Assembly: GCA_964499175.1 (NCBI GenBank)
Contig: CAZCIQ010000002.1
Span: 1-41,764, forward strand
Direction: 5' to 3'
Length of the DNA stretch: 41,764 bases
From: an uncultured Candidatus Saccharibacteria bacterium
Lineage (GTDB): Bacteria; Patescibacteriota; Minisyncoccia; CAZCIQ01
Numbering within the stretch: the first letter of the stretch is position 1; each line of letters begins with the position of its first letter. Both the position numbers and the translations under genes were made by a program. The notes below the pieces were generated by a model. It did no database searches. It saw only the letters and a program-made list of their open reading frames with translations, and had not been told where the DNA came from. This document shows positions 1-7,800 of the stretch, in pieces.

Positions 1-1446
1 TTTCACGCCTTCTTCTCCTGATGCGACATACAGTAAATTACCTTGTATTTTTAAATTCCAAACCAATCCTACCTGAATGCTTTGCATTAGTTGCTGGGCG
101 TTGACATCTACGATCTTAACTTCGCTTCCAATTCCGCTATACAAATAATTTCCTTGTATCGCTACCGTACTCCCGTACCCGACAGCAGTCGCGCTTTTCT
201 CGATTTTTGGAGCAGACGGAATTGTAATGTCGTAGACCGCAAAACCGGACTCCCCTTGCGCTACTGCTAATAAAACCAATTCTGGAAAACTGGTAATCGC
301 GACTCCGATGGCGTGACCTCCGCTTAGGGTCTGAAAAGTCCCTTTTGATGAAATTCCCTTAGGCATATAGGGGAATGAAACCTCTCTGTCTATCTTTAAA
401 ATCTCAATTTCCGGGCCATCAATGGCGAGATAGGCATAATCGCCGGCCAATACCATATCCTGAACCGATCTTTTAGCGTCAATCTCGCTCACTATGCGCA
501 AGTTTTTCGGATCAGTAATATCTACGAGCGCAACTTGGGCGTTTCCGTATCCGCTCACCAGCGCGTAAGGTCCATTTATATTGACCGCCAAAGCATACGC
601 GCCACCGTTTCCTATTTTTATCTTGCTCAAAAGAACTGGTTTTTCCGGATTACTCACATCAATTGCCAAAAGCCCTTCGGAAATATCAGTAAGATACACA
701 GTATTGCCAAGCGCTTTTACAAAAGACGACTCGCCGGGAGAATTAAACGAGCCGATGAGTTTATAATTGGTTGCGGCGGCAGATTGAGTATTTGTACTTA
801 CCTGTTGTTTCTCTTTCACCACGCACCGATTTTGCTCGCAGACAGCTTGATTATTATGTGGTTTACACTGTATGGTTCGACAATCAACCTCACATATTTC
901 CCTAGCTTTCAGATCTCTATTCTTTGTCTCAACATTCACCGCTTCTGTTTCGCATTCTTTTGGGCAACAGCCATCGTATTTGGGCGCTAACACGCAATCA
1001 CTGTCTTGCTGGCAATAGTCTCTGCTGTTGTTAGTATTGGAATTATAAGCCGGCGGCTGAAATTTATCGGATTTGTTGACATATCTTACTCCTAAAATTA
1101 TTACCGCTATTACGACAATGCTTATTGCTATAAAGTTGATTATTCGTGCTGTTTTTTGACTGCTTATTCTTTGAATAAATGATCCGATGAAGTAGGCTAA
1201 AACAGTATTTATCAATAACGGAACAAAATAAATCATTATCATTTTTAAATCAGCGGACGCGGGTAAAAATATGCTCATAAAAATTGTCGTCAACAATATG
1301 AATGGAAAAGCTGGCATAAATCCTAACGTCCCGCAATACAACGCGTCCGCAATGCACACAAATCTGGCATAAACAAAAATTAGACCGGCGATAAAAACAT
1401 ATACCCCCGCTAATAAAAATCCTAGTGTTGATTTTGGCAGATTCAT
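1..1446 (-). CDS. LVIVD-repeat (beta-propeller) protein with N-terminal membrane helices and a Cys-rich stalk; the C-terminus runs off the window start
   Basis: Absent from the ORF track because it is open to the window edge. My hand translation of the reverse strand from the ATG (complement of 1444-1446) is stop-free for 482 codons. It begins MNLPKSTLGFLLAGVYVFIAGLIFVY, with several hydrophobic helices. A Cys-rich block follows (DYCQQDSDCVLAPKYDGCCPKECE..CEVDCRTIQC..CEQNRC). Repeats such as GNAQVALVDITDPKNLRIV, YAYLAIDGPEIEILKID and GFAVYDITIPSAP are typical of LVIVD repeats. Confidence 0.7.
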   Translation of the reverse strand, partial: MNLPKSTLGFLLAGVYVFIAGLIFVYARFVCIADALYCGTLGFMPAFPFILLTTIFMSIFLPASADLKMIMIYFVPLLINTVLAYFIGSFIQRISSQKTARIINFIAISIVVIAVIILGVRYVNKSDKFQPPAYNSNTNNSRDYCQQDSDCVLAPKYDGCCPKECETEAVNVETKNRDLKAREICEVDCRTIQCKPHNNQAVCEQNRCVVKEKQQVSTNTQSAAATNYKLIGSFNSPGESSFVKALGNTVYLTDISEGLLAIDVSNPEKPVLLSKIKIGNGGAYALAVNINGPYALVSGYGNAQVALVDITDPKNLRIVSEIDAKRSVQDMVLAGDYAYLAIDGPEIEILKIDREVSFPYMPKGISSKGTFQTLSGGHAIGVAITSFPELVLLAVAQGESGFAVYDITIPSAPKIEKSATAVGYGSTVAIQGNYLYSGIGSEVKIVDVNAQQLMQSIQVGLVWNLKIQGNLLYVASGEEGVK

Positions 1447-1486
1447 AAAAATTATTTTTTAAAAATAAAATTGAATTGCATTATTA

Positions 1487-1888
1487 TTATCCGACAATTA
1501 AAAAGCCGATTTGCGTATAGTGGCCGTCTCCGCACGGCACGGAACAGTAAAAATTGAATTTTCCTTCGTTTGAAGCGACAAACTCTACGACAGTTGTTTT
1601 TTTAGGAAACAATCTGCGGTTTATGCCATAAATATCCAAGGCAAAACCGTGGTCATAGTCGTCTTCATTATAAATTATGAGCCGCACTTTATCGCCGGGT
1701 TTTGCTTTGATTGTTCCCGGATCCCATTTCCACTGATCTTTTATGACGCGCATATTAATTTCCACCGTATTGCCGGTAGGCATTGCCTGTTTTATGTCCA
1801 AAGGCCTGTAAAATTCGGCGTAAATATAACCGCTAAAAAAAAGAAGGACGGCAAAAGTTAGAAGTTTAAAATATTTATTATTTATCAT
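1487..1888 (-). CDS. Signal/anchor-bearing cupredoxin-fold protein with CuA-type (cytochrome oxidase subunit II-like) ligand spacing
   Basis: 133-aa ORF with a hydrophobic N-terminus (FKLLTFAVLLFFSGYIYA). DYDHGFAL is followed 35 residues after the His by CSVPCGDGHYTQ, giving H-x34-C-x3-C-x3-H-x2-Q. Confidence 0.75.
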   Translation of the reverse strand: MINNKYFKLLTFAVLLFFSGYIYAEFYRPLDIKQAMPTGNTVEINMRVIKDQWKWDPGTIKAKPGDKVRLIIYNEDDYDHGFALDIYGINRRLFPKKTTVVEFVASNEGKFNFYCSVPCGDGHYTQIGFLIVG

Positions 1889-1916
1889 TTATGTTTTTTG
1901 ATTAATTTTTAACTTT

Positions 1917-2061
1917 GAATTATGAAATTGCTCATTCCTGCGACACGCTCGCTAGTCCAGCGACTAGCTCGCTCTGTTTCGCCTCGCGATTCTCCGCCTT
2001 TGGCGAAGAAACCATGCTCGCGATGCTGCAAACGGTCGCAGAAATGACAATTTCGTAATTC
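1917..2061. repeat. MITE-like GC-rich palindromic element, copy A
   Basis: Terminal inverted repeats are gaattatgaaattgctcattcctgcgac (1917-1944) and the complement of gtcgcagaaatgacaatttcgtaattc (2035-2061). The interior is GC-rich in an AT-rich genome. The left third and the right end are homologous to the element at 9204-9360. Confidence 0.6.
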
Positions 2062-2479
2062 ACAATTTTAAAGAAGCGCGGCGGTTATCAAGGCTTATAG
2101 GGCCCGCCCCGCGCAAAAAAAGAGCAATGGTAGCTCCCAGCAATCCTATGTCGCGATAAAGATTCGGATTTATTGAAAGCCCATATTTAAACAGAAAAGA
2201 TGAAAAGAAAAGAATCAAAAGACCGCTTGCCGCAAGCGAAGTTGTTTTGACTTTAAAACCCACGATAAAAGAAAGGGCTAAAATTATTTCAATAAGCCCC
2301 AGATAAAAATTCATTGCCGCGGCATTGCCCGCGCTCCAATTCATAAGCAATTGAATTTCCGAAAACGTTTGCGAAGGATTGCTTAATTTTTGCAAACCAA
2401 AAAGCGCGAAAACAACAAAAAGCCCGATTCTTAAAGCAAGAGGCGCGAAACTGGCTAATTTTTTTTCCTCAAATTCCAT
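2060..2479 (-). CDS. DoxX-family small membrane protein
   Basis: 139 aa with four predicted helices. The N-terminal LALRIGLFVVFALFGLQKL motif is DoxX-like. The stop codon overlaps the right end of the repeat at 1917-2061. Confidence 0.65.
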   Translation of the reverse strand: MEFEEKKLASFAPLALRIGLFVVFALFGLQKLSNPSQTFSEIQLLMNWSAGNAAAMNFYLGLIEIILALSFIVGFKVKTTSLAASGLLILFFSSFLFKYGLSINPNLYRDIGLLGATIALFLRGAGPISLDNRRASLKL

Positions 2480-2520
2480 ATTTTATTTTTAAGAATACAT
2501 TAAAATTATAAAAGACATGA

Positions 2521-2850
2521 TTATTTTATCTCAATTCCATATTTTTTAATTTCGCTTACGAGTGGATCTATATCATTAAAGCTTTTTATGTCATATCCTA
2601 ATGGTTCAATTCGGGAATCAACTTCCAAAATTTTTTTCCATAAATAATTTTCATAATAATCTTTATTTTTGGAAAACTTGTCTGAAATTATACATACATC
2701 AATATCGCTATAAGGCCTGAAGTTTCCTTTTGCGTATGACCCGTAAAGAATCATTTTTTTTATGGGAAAATCATCTTTTTCAAGAAGAGATTTATATTTA
2801 AGCAACATTTTTTTTATAGATTTTAATTTTGTATTTTTAATTCTTTGCAT
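2521..2850 (-). CDS. Minimal nucleotidyltransferase (MNT/MntA-like antitoxin)
   Basis: Carries the LYGSYAKGNFRPYSDIDVCII motif (GS-x9-DxD of the NTP_transf_2 fold). The start is uncertain: ATG at 2850 overlaps the HEPN gene, ATG at 2808 does not, and the track start at 2910 is probably an over-extension. Confidence 0.8.
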   Translation of the reverse strand: MQRIKNTKLKSIKKMLLKYKSLLEKDDFPIKKMILYGSYAKGNFRPYSDIDVCIISDKFSKNKDYYENYLWKKILEVDSRIEPLGYDIKSFNDIDPLVSEIKKYGIEIK

Positions 2851-3236
2851 AATTTTTTGTAAATTAATTGAATTTTTTCTAATTTTGGTTTTGTATAATT
2901 TAGATTGCAAATTTTATAAAATGACAATTTATAATCTGGATATCTTGCTCTGATGTTGAATTTGTTAACTTCGGTTAAAAATTCTAAATCGTTTTTAGAA
3001 AAATCAATTTTAGCGTCTTTCGCCAGAATAATTAAATTATGTATCGGCTTTGCGTGATTTTTTGTTTTTTGGGCAACCAACGCTTTTAAAATTTTTTCTA
3101 AAACAAGATGACCGTAAAAAAGAGAATCGGAATACCTTTTTGATTTAAAAAGACCTAGCATTGTTTCATAATCATATTTTGCCGTTTTTGACCAATATTT
3201 TATTAAATCTTGCGCATTTATTTCTTTCATAATCAA
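2823..3236 (-). CDS. HEPN-domain protein (HepT-like toxin)
   Basis: 137 aa with an all-helical pattern. The motifs HLVLEKILKALV, KPIHNLIILAKDA and NIRARYPD fit the HEPN family, and it pairs with the MNT gene immediately downstream. Confidence 0.8.
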   Translation of the reverse strand: MIMKEINAQDLIKYWSKTAKYDYETMLGLFKSKRYSDSLFYGHLVLEKILKALVAQKTKNHAKPIHNLIILAKDAKIDFSKNDLEFLTEVNKFNIRARYPDYKLSFYKICNLNYTKPKLEKIQLIYKKLCKELKIQN

Positions 3237-3245
3237 CTTATTGAT

Positions 3246-3274
3246 ATTATATGAAAATTTGTAAAGTTTCGCAA
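3246..3274 (-). promoter_or_regulatory. Sigma70-like promoter for the HEPN-MNT pair
   Basis: The minus strand reads TTGCGA-N17-TATAAT (complement of 3269-3274 and 3246-3251), ending 10 nt upstream of the HEPN ATG. Confidence 0.4.
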
Positions 3275-3303
3275 CTTGCGTTTATACTTTAAGTCGTTAA
3301 AAA

Positions 3304-3328
3304 CAAAAAAGCCGGCGACAAGCGCCAG
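3304..3328 (-). terminator. Intrinsic terminator after the 3355-3669 gene
   Basis: The minus strand reads GCTGGCGCTTGTCGCCGGC followed by TTTTTTG. Confidence 0.55.
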
Positions 3329-3354
3329 CTTTAGAAATATGGACACCTTTCAGA

Positions 3355-3669
3355 TTAGTTAGTTTTCATAATTTTATTGGATATCATTATTGCTGATAGC
3401 ACAATAAATGCCATCAGAAGATTTTCAACCATTTGTTTAAAAATATAGGGGAAGAAAGCGCTTCCAATTATCGTGACGGTTATTTCAAATATCATTAGCC
3501 ATTTGCCTGCGATAAGAATCATTTTACTTGTTTTTACTAGATTGTCGCATTTAATTCCGCGCGATTGAAATGTTCGCGTATTCAGGCATAAAATAATCAT
3601 CATAATGCCTGTTATAACACTAAGCAATATCCAGTTTATATTGATACGCCACAAACCTAGTAATTCCAT
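3355..3669 (-). CDS. Small multi-pass membrane protein, unknown function
   Basis: I prefer the start MELLGLWRININ. An AGGAGG (complement of 3676-3681) lies 6 nt upstream of that ATG (3667-3669), and three hydrophobic helices follow. The track start at 3726 is a likely over-extension. Confidence 0.5.
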   Translation of the reverse strand: MELLGLWRININWILLSVITGIMMIILCLNTRTFQSRGIKCDNLVKTSKMILIAGKWLMIFEITVTIIGSAFFPYIFKQMVENLLMAFIVLSAIMISNKIMKTN

Positions 3670-3752
3670 TTTTGCCTCCTTTTGATTTTTTGTTTTTTTC
3701 TTGTCAAGAAACCGTTTCAAAAACATGATAGCAAAAAATTATCACCTGTCAA

Positions 3753-3869
3753 CCCCGTTAGAAATTCAGCCGAGTTTTAGCTAATACATATTTTGCGAGC
3801 GAAGCCGTCCCGCTAAGCGGGACTTGGATTATTACTTATCCAAAGTCAAACCCCAAACTTCTAACGGGG
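3753..3869. repeat. Intergenic palindromic element (outer 11-bp inverted repeat plus inner GC hairpin)
   Basis: ccccgttagaa (3753-3763) is the exact reverse complement of ttctaacgggg (3859-3869). An inner perfect hairpin gtcccgc-taa-gcgggac lies at 3807-3823. Confidence 0.45.
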
Positions 3870-3909
3870 TCAAGTTTATAAGTTTTTGTTTTTAGAATAA
3901 AATTAAAAA

Positions 3910-4569
3910 ATGACGATTAACTTTTATAATTTTTCCTGTTTTAAACTGCAGTCCGGCGACACTTCTCTTGTTTTTGATCCTCCGTCAAAGGAAAGCGGTG
4001 TGAAATTTCCCCGTTTCTCAACGGATTTAGTTTTAATTTCCCATAATCACAAACCGCACAACGGAAGAGACGCGGTTAAACTTAAAGACGAAAACAGCGA
4101 TTATATTATTGATTCTCCTGGGGAGTATGAAATAAAGAACATAAGCATAAAAGGAATTAGCTCTTTTCATGATTCGGAAGGAGGAAAAACGCACGGCTTG
4201 AACACGATTTTTATTATTGAAATGGACGATTTGAGAATTTGCCATCTTGGAGATTACGGCGAAGACGAGTTAAGGCCGGATATTAAAGAAGAGCTCGGCT
4301 CCATAGATATATTGTTTATTCCGATAAACGCCGTCGCGGACGACAAAGTTGTCAGCTTAAAATCGGCAAAACATTTGATAAATGAGATTGAACCGAGTTT
4401 AGTAGTTCCGATGCATTATGACGCGGGCGATAAAAAAAATAAAAGTCTTGCCGAGTTTTTAAGCGAGTTTAGCGAAGAAAGCGCGGAGCGTCTGGATAAG
4501 CTCGTTATAAAAAAGAAAGATATAAATTCGGAAAAAACAAAAATAATAGTGCTTGAATCCAGTTTATAG
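3910..4569 (+). CDS. MBL-fold metal-dependent hydrolase (UPF0173/YtkL-like)
   Basis: 219 aa. The N-terminus FSCFKLQSGDTSLVFDP and the block DLVLISHNHKPHNG occupy the position of the HxHxDH motif, which looks degenerate. VVPMHYD lies near the C-terminus. Confidence 0.7.
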   Translation: MTINFYNFSCFKLQSGDTSLVFDPPSKESGVKFPRFSTDLVLISHNHKPHNGRDAVKLKDENSDYIIDSPGEYEIKNISIKGISSFHDSEGGKTHGLNTIFIIEMDDLRICHLGDYGEDELRPDIKEELGSIDILFIPINAVADDKVVSLKSAKHLINEIEPSLVVPMHYDAGDKKNKSLAEFLSEFSEESAERLDKLVIKKKDINSEKTKIIVLESSL

Positions 4570-4576
4570 AAAAATT

Positions 4577-4810
4577 ATGAATTTTTTTGATTATTTGGAA
4601 AAGATACAAAAAAAGCCCGAGGCGGCGAGAAAAAGGATTTTATTTTTTACCGTCGCGATAATTATGGCGGTTATTGTTTTTTTATGGCTGAATGATTTAC
4701 AATATTCATTATCGGATAAAAAAGAAAACAAAAAAACTCCCGGGCCTTTTTCAATTTTTAAAACTTCAATCATAGAAGGAGTTGAGAATTTAAAATCATC
4801 ATTGCGTTGA
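4577..4810 (+). CDS. Small single-pass membrane protein
   Basis: ATG at 4577 (MNFFDYLEKIQKK..); the track start at 4553 is a TTG. One TM helix (ILFFTVAIIMAVIVFLWL). Confidence 0.45.
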   Translation: MNFFDYLEKIQKKPEAARKRILFFTVAIIMAVIVFLWLNDLQYSLSDKKENKKTPGPFSIFKTSIIEGVENLKSSLR

Positions 4811-4837
4811 TTTACAGGAGGTCCGACCTCCTGTAAA
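4811..4837. repeat. Perfect 13-1-13 palindrome tttacaggaggtc-c-gacctcctgtaaa
   Basis: Read directly from the sequence. T-run on the 5' side and A-run on the 3' side, so it has no canonical U-tract on either strand. Confidence 0.6.
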
Positions 4838-4876
4838 AGTCGCGGTTTCAAGTTTTATTTTTTAGCAAAATTGTTT

Positions 4877-7800
4877 ATGAAAAAAAACGAAGAAATTCAA
4901 AATAAAAATATTTTATCGCGCGTGGAAAAAGTTGAAGTCGTGGAAGAAATGAAAGAGTCTTATTTGAGTTACGCGATGTCCGTGATTGTTGCCCGCGCTC
5001 TTCCCGACGTGCGCGACGGTTTGAAGCCCGTGCATCGCCGCATACTTTTTGCTATGCGAGAAATAGGGCTTTATTCTTCGGCAAGATTTAGAAAGTCTGC
5101 CGCTGTGGTCGGCGAAGTGCTTGCTCGCTACCATCCGCACGGAGATATTGCCGTGTATGATTCTATGGCGCGCATGGCGCAGGATTTTTCGCTTCGTTAT
5201 CCGCTTGTGTACGGCCAGGGAAATTGGGGCTGTTTTACAAAAGATACAAAAGTGAAACTTACAGATGGACGAAATTTGAGTTTTGAGGAACTTATAAAAG
5301 AAACGGGTTTAGGAAAGATAAATTACACCTATACCATTAATTCGTTAGGGCTGGTTTCGGTTGCCGAAATAAAAAATCCTCGTTTAACAAAAGAAAATGC
5401 AGAAATAATAAAAATTATTCTTGATAATGGAAAAGAAATAAAGTGCACTCCTAATCATCTATTTATGTTAAAAGACGGTTCTTATAAAGAGGCGGCGGAT
5501 TTAATTCCCAAAAAAGATTCTTTAATGCCTTTTTATCAAAAATTGTCAGAAAAAACAGATTGTTTAAATCGGAAAGGATGTGTTTTAATATATCAGCCAA
5601 AAAAAAATGAATGGACGCCGGCGCATCATTTGGCAGATAATTTTAATTTAACTTTTAAAAAGTATGGAAAGAATTCAGGAAGGGTAAGACATCATTTAGA
5701 TTTTAATAAACTTAACAACAGTCCGGAAAACATTATAAGATTACATTGGAGCGAGCATTGGAAACTTCATTGTCAACATGCGTCAGAACAACATAAAGAT
5801 CCTGATTATAGAAGAAAAATTGCCGCAGGCAGAAAAAAATATTTACTGAAACCAGAAACTAAAGAAAAATACGCAAAATTGCTTTCTGAAAGAAATCTAA
5901 AAAATTGGCAAAACCCTGAATATAGAAGCAAAATGCGTAATTTTCTTAGCGAAGTAAATAAACAATTTATTCAAAAACATCCTGAAAAAAGGCTGGAGTT
6001 TAGTGAGCGAGCAACAAAAACATTAAAACGACTTTGGCAAAACCCTGAATATCGGTCTTTTATGCATGAAAAAATTTTGAAAGGCAATAAAAATCATAAA
6101 ACAAACAAAACAGGAAAATTAAAATTTTTAAATATTTGCAAAGAAGTTTTAAATAGAGGTTTTGAATTAAATAAAAAAAATTATTGCGAATTAAGAAATG
6201 AAATTTATCCTTATGGAGCGGCAACTTTATGGGAAACTGGGTTTGTTAAATATTTTCAAGAAAATTTTGAATTAATTCGTCAAGAAATTAATAAAAATCA
6301 TAAAATTTCTAAAATAGAAAAATTAACAGAAAAAGAGGATGTTTATGATTTAACTATAGATAAAACTCATAATTTTGCTTTAGCTGCCGGAATTTTCGCG
6401 CATAATTCAATAGACGGCGATAGTCCGGCGGCAATGAGGTATACGGAAGCTAAAATGTCCCGCATCGCTGAAGAAACTTTAAGAGATATTGAAAAAGAAA
6501 CCGTTGATTTTACGCCGAACTATGACTCAACCGTAAAAGAGCCGAAGGTCTTGCCTTCCGCCATTCCCCAGCTTCTTTTAAACGGCACTTTTGGAATTGC
6601 CGTCGGTATGGCTTCAAATATTCCTCCGCATAATTTAAACGAAGTCGTGGACGCGACAGTTTTTTTAATTGATAAGCCAAGCGCCGGAATGGAAGAATTG
6701 TTAAAAATCGTAAAGGGGCCCGACTTCCCCACTGGCGGTCTTATTTATAATACAAAAGATATTCATGAAGCGTATGCAACAGGCAGAGGCGGAATTGTTT
6801 GCCGCGGAGAAGTGGAAATAACGGAAGATGATAAAGGAAAAGGCCAGATTGTCATAAGCTCCATTCCTTACGGAGTGAATAAGTCCGACCTTATACAAAA
6901 AATCGCCGAGCTTGTGACGGAGAAAAAAATAGAAGGAGTGCGAGATATGCGCGACGAATCAAGCGGAGAAGGTTTGCGCGTCGCGATTGATTTGAAATCG
7001 GATAGTCAGCCTCAAAAAATATTAAATAGTTTATACAAGCACACCGACCTTGAAAAAACATTTCATTTTAATATGGTCGCGCTTGTGGACGGAATTCAAC
7101 CTCAAACTTTGTCGCTTAAAAGTATTCTTGAATATTTTATAAAGCATCGTGAAATCGTGGTGGAGAGGAGGACGCGGTTTGATTTAAGGAAAGCCGAAGA
7201 GCGCGCCCATATACTTCTTGGTTTAAAAAAAGCGCTTGACCACATAGACGAAGTTATTAAAACCATCAAATCTTCATCGGACAAAGAAGCGGCTCATAAA
7301 AATTTAATGAGCAAGTTTGATTTATCGGACAGACAAGCCGCGGCGATTCTTGAAATGAGGCTTCAGACGCTTGCCGGGCTTGAGCGTCAGAAGATTGAAG
7401 ATGAGCTCGCGGAAAAGCAAAAATTAATCCGCGAATTAAAAGCCCTGTTGCAAGATCCTAAAAAAATATTGGGGGTCGTGAAGGACGAACTTTTAAAAGT
7501 CAAAGAAAAATATGGAGATGAGAGGCGCACTAAAATTATGGCGCGCGCCGCGACCTCCATTTCTTACGAAGACACCATTCCGGAAGTTTCTACTATTTTA
7601 GCTTTGACTTCAGGAGGTTATATAAAGCGTTTGGACCCGCAAGTTTATCGCACTCAGAAAAGAGGCGGAAAAGGCATTATAGGTCTTACCACAAAAGAAG
7701 AAGACGCGGTGGACATATTTCTTACCGCTGGCACTCACGATAACGTGCTGTTTTTCAGCAACAAAGGAAAAGTTTATAAAATTAAAATGTATGAAATACC

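Noticed and set aside
535-990. Plus-strand ORFs of 151 aa and 61 aa (581-766) in the ORF track
   Set aside because: They lie antisense to a much longer, motif-bearing open frame: the LVIVD-repeat protein at 1-1446 on the minus strand. Their products are low-complexity shadows with no motifs.
4871-4876. Track starts at 4871 (gyrA), 19550 (murC), 28647 (PG-binding protein), 36697 (scpA), 22987 (comM) and 23301 (dksA-like)
   Set aside because: These are TTG or upstream starts that add non-conserved residues or overlap neighbouring genes. The ATG codons at 4877, 19556, 28563, 36787, 22888 and 23259 fit the family N-termini better.
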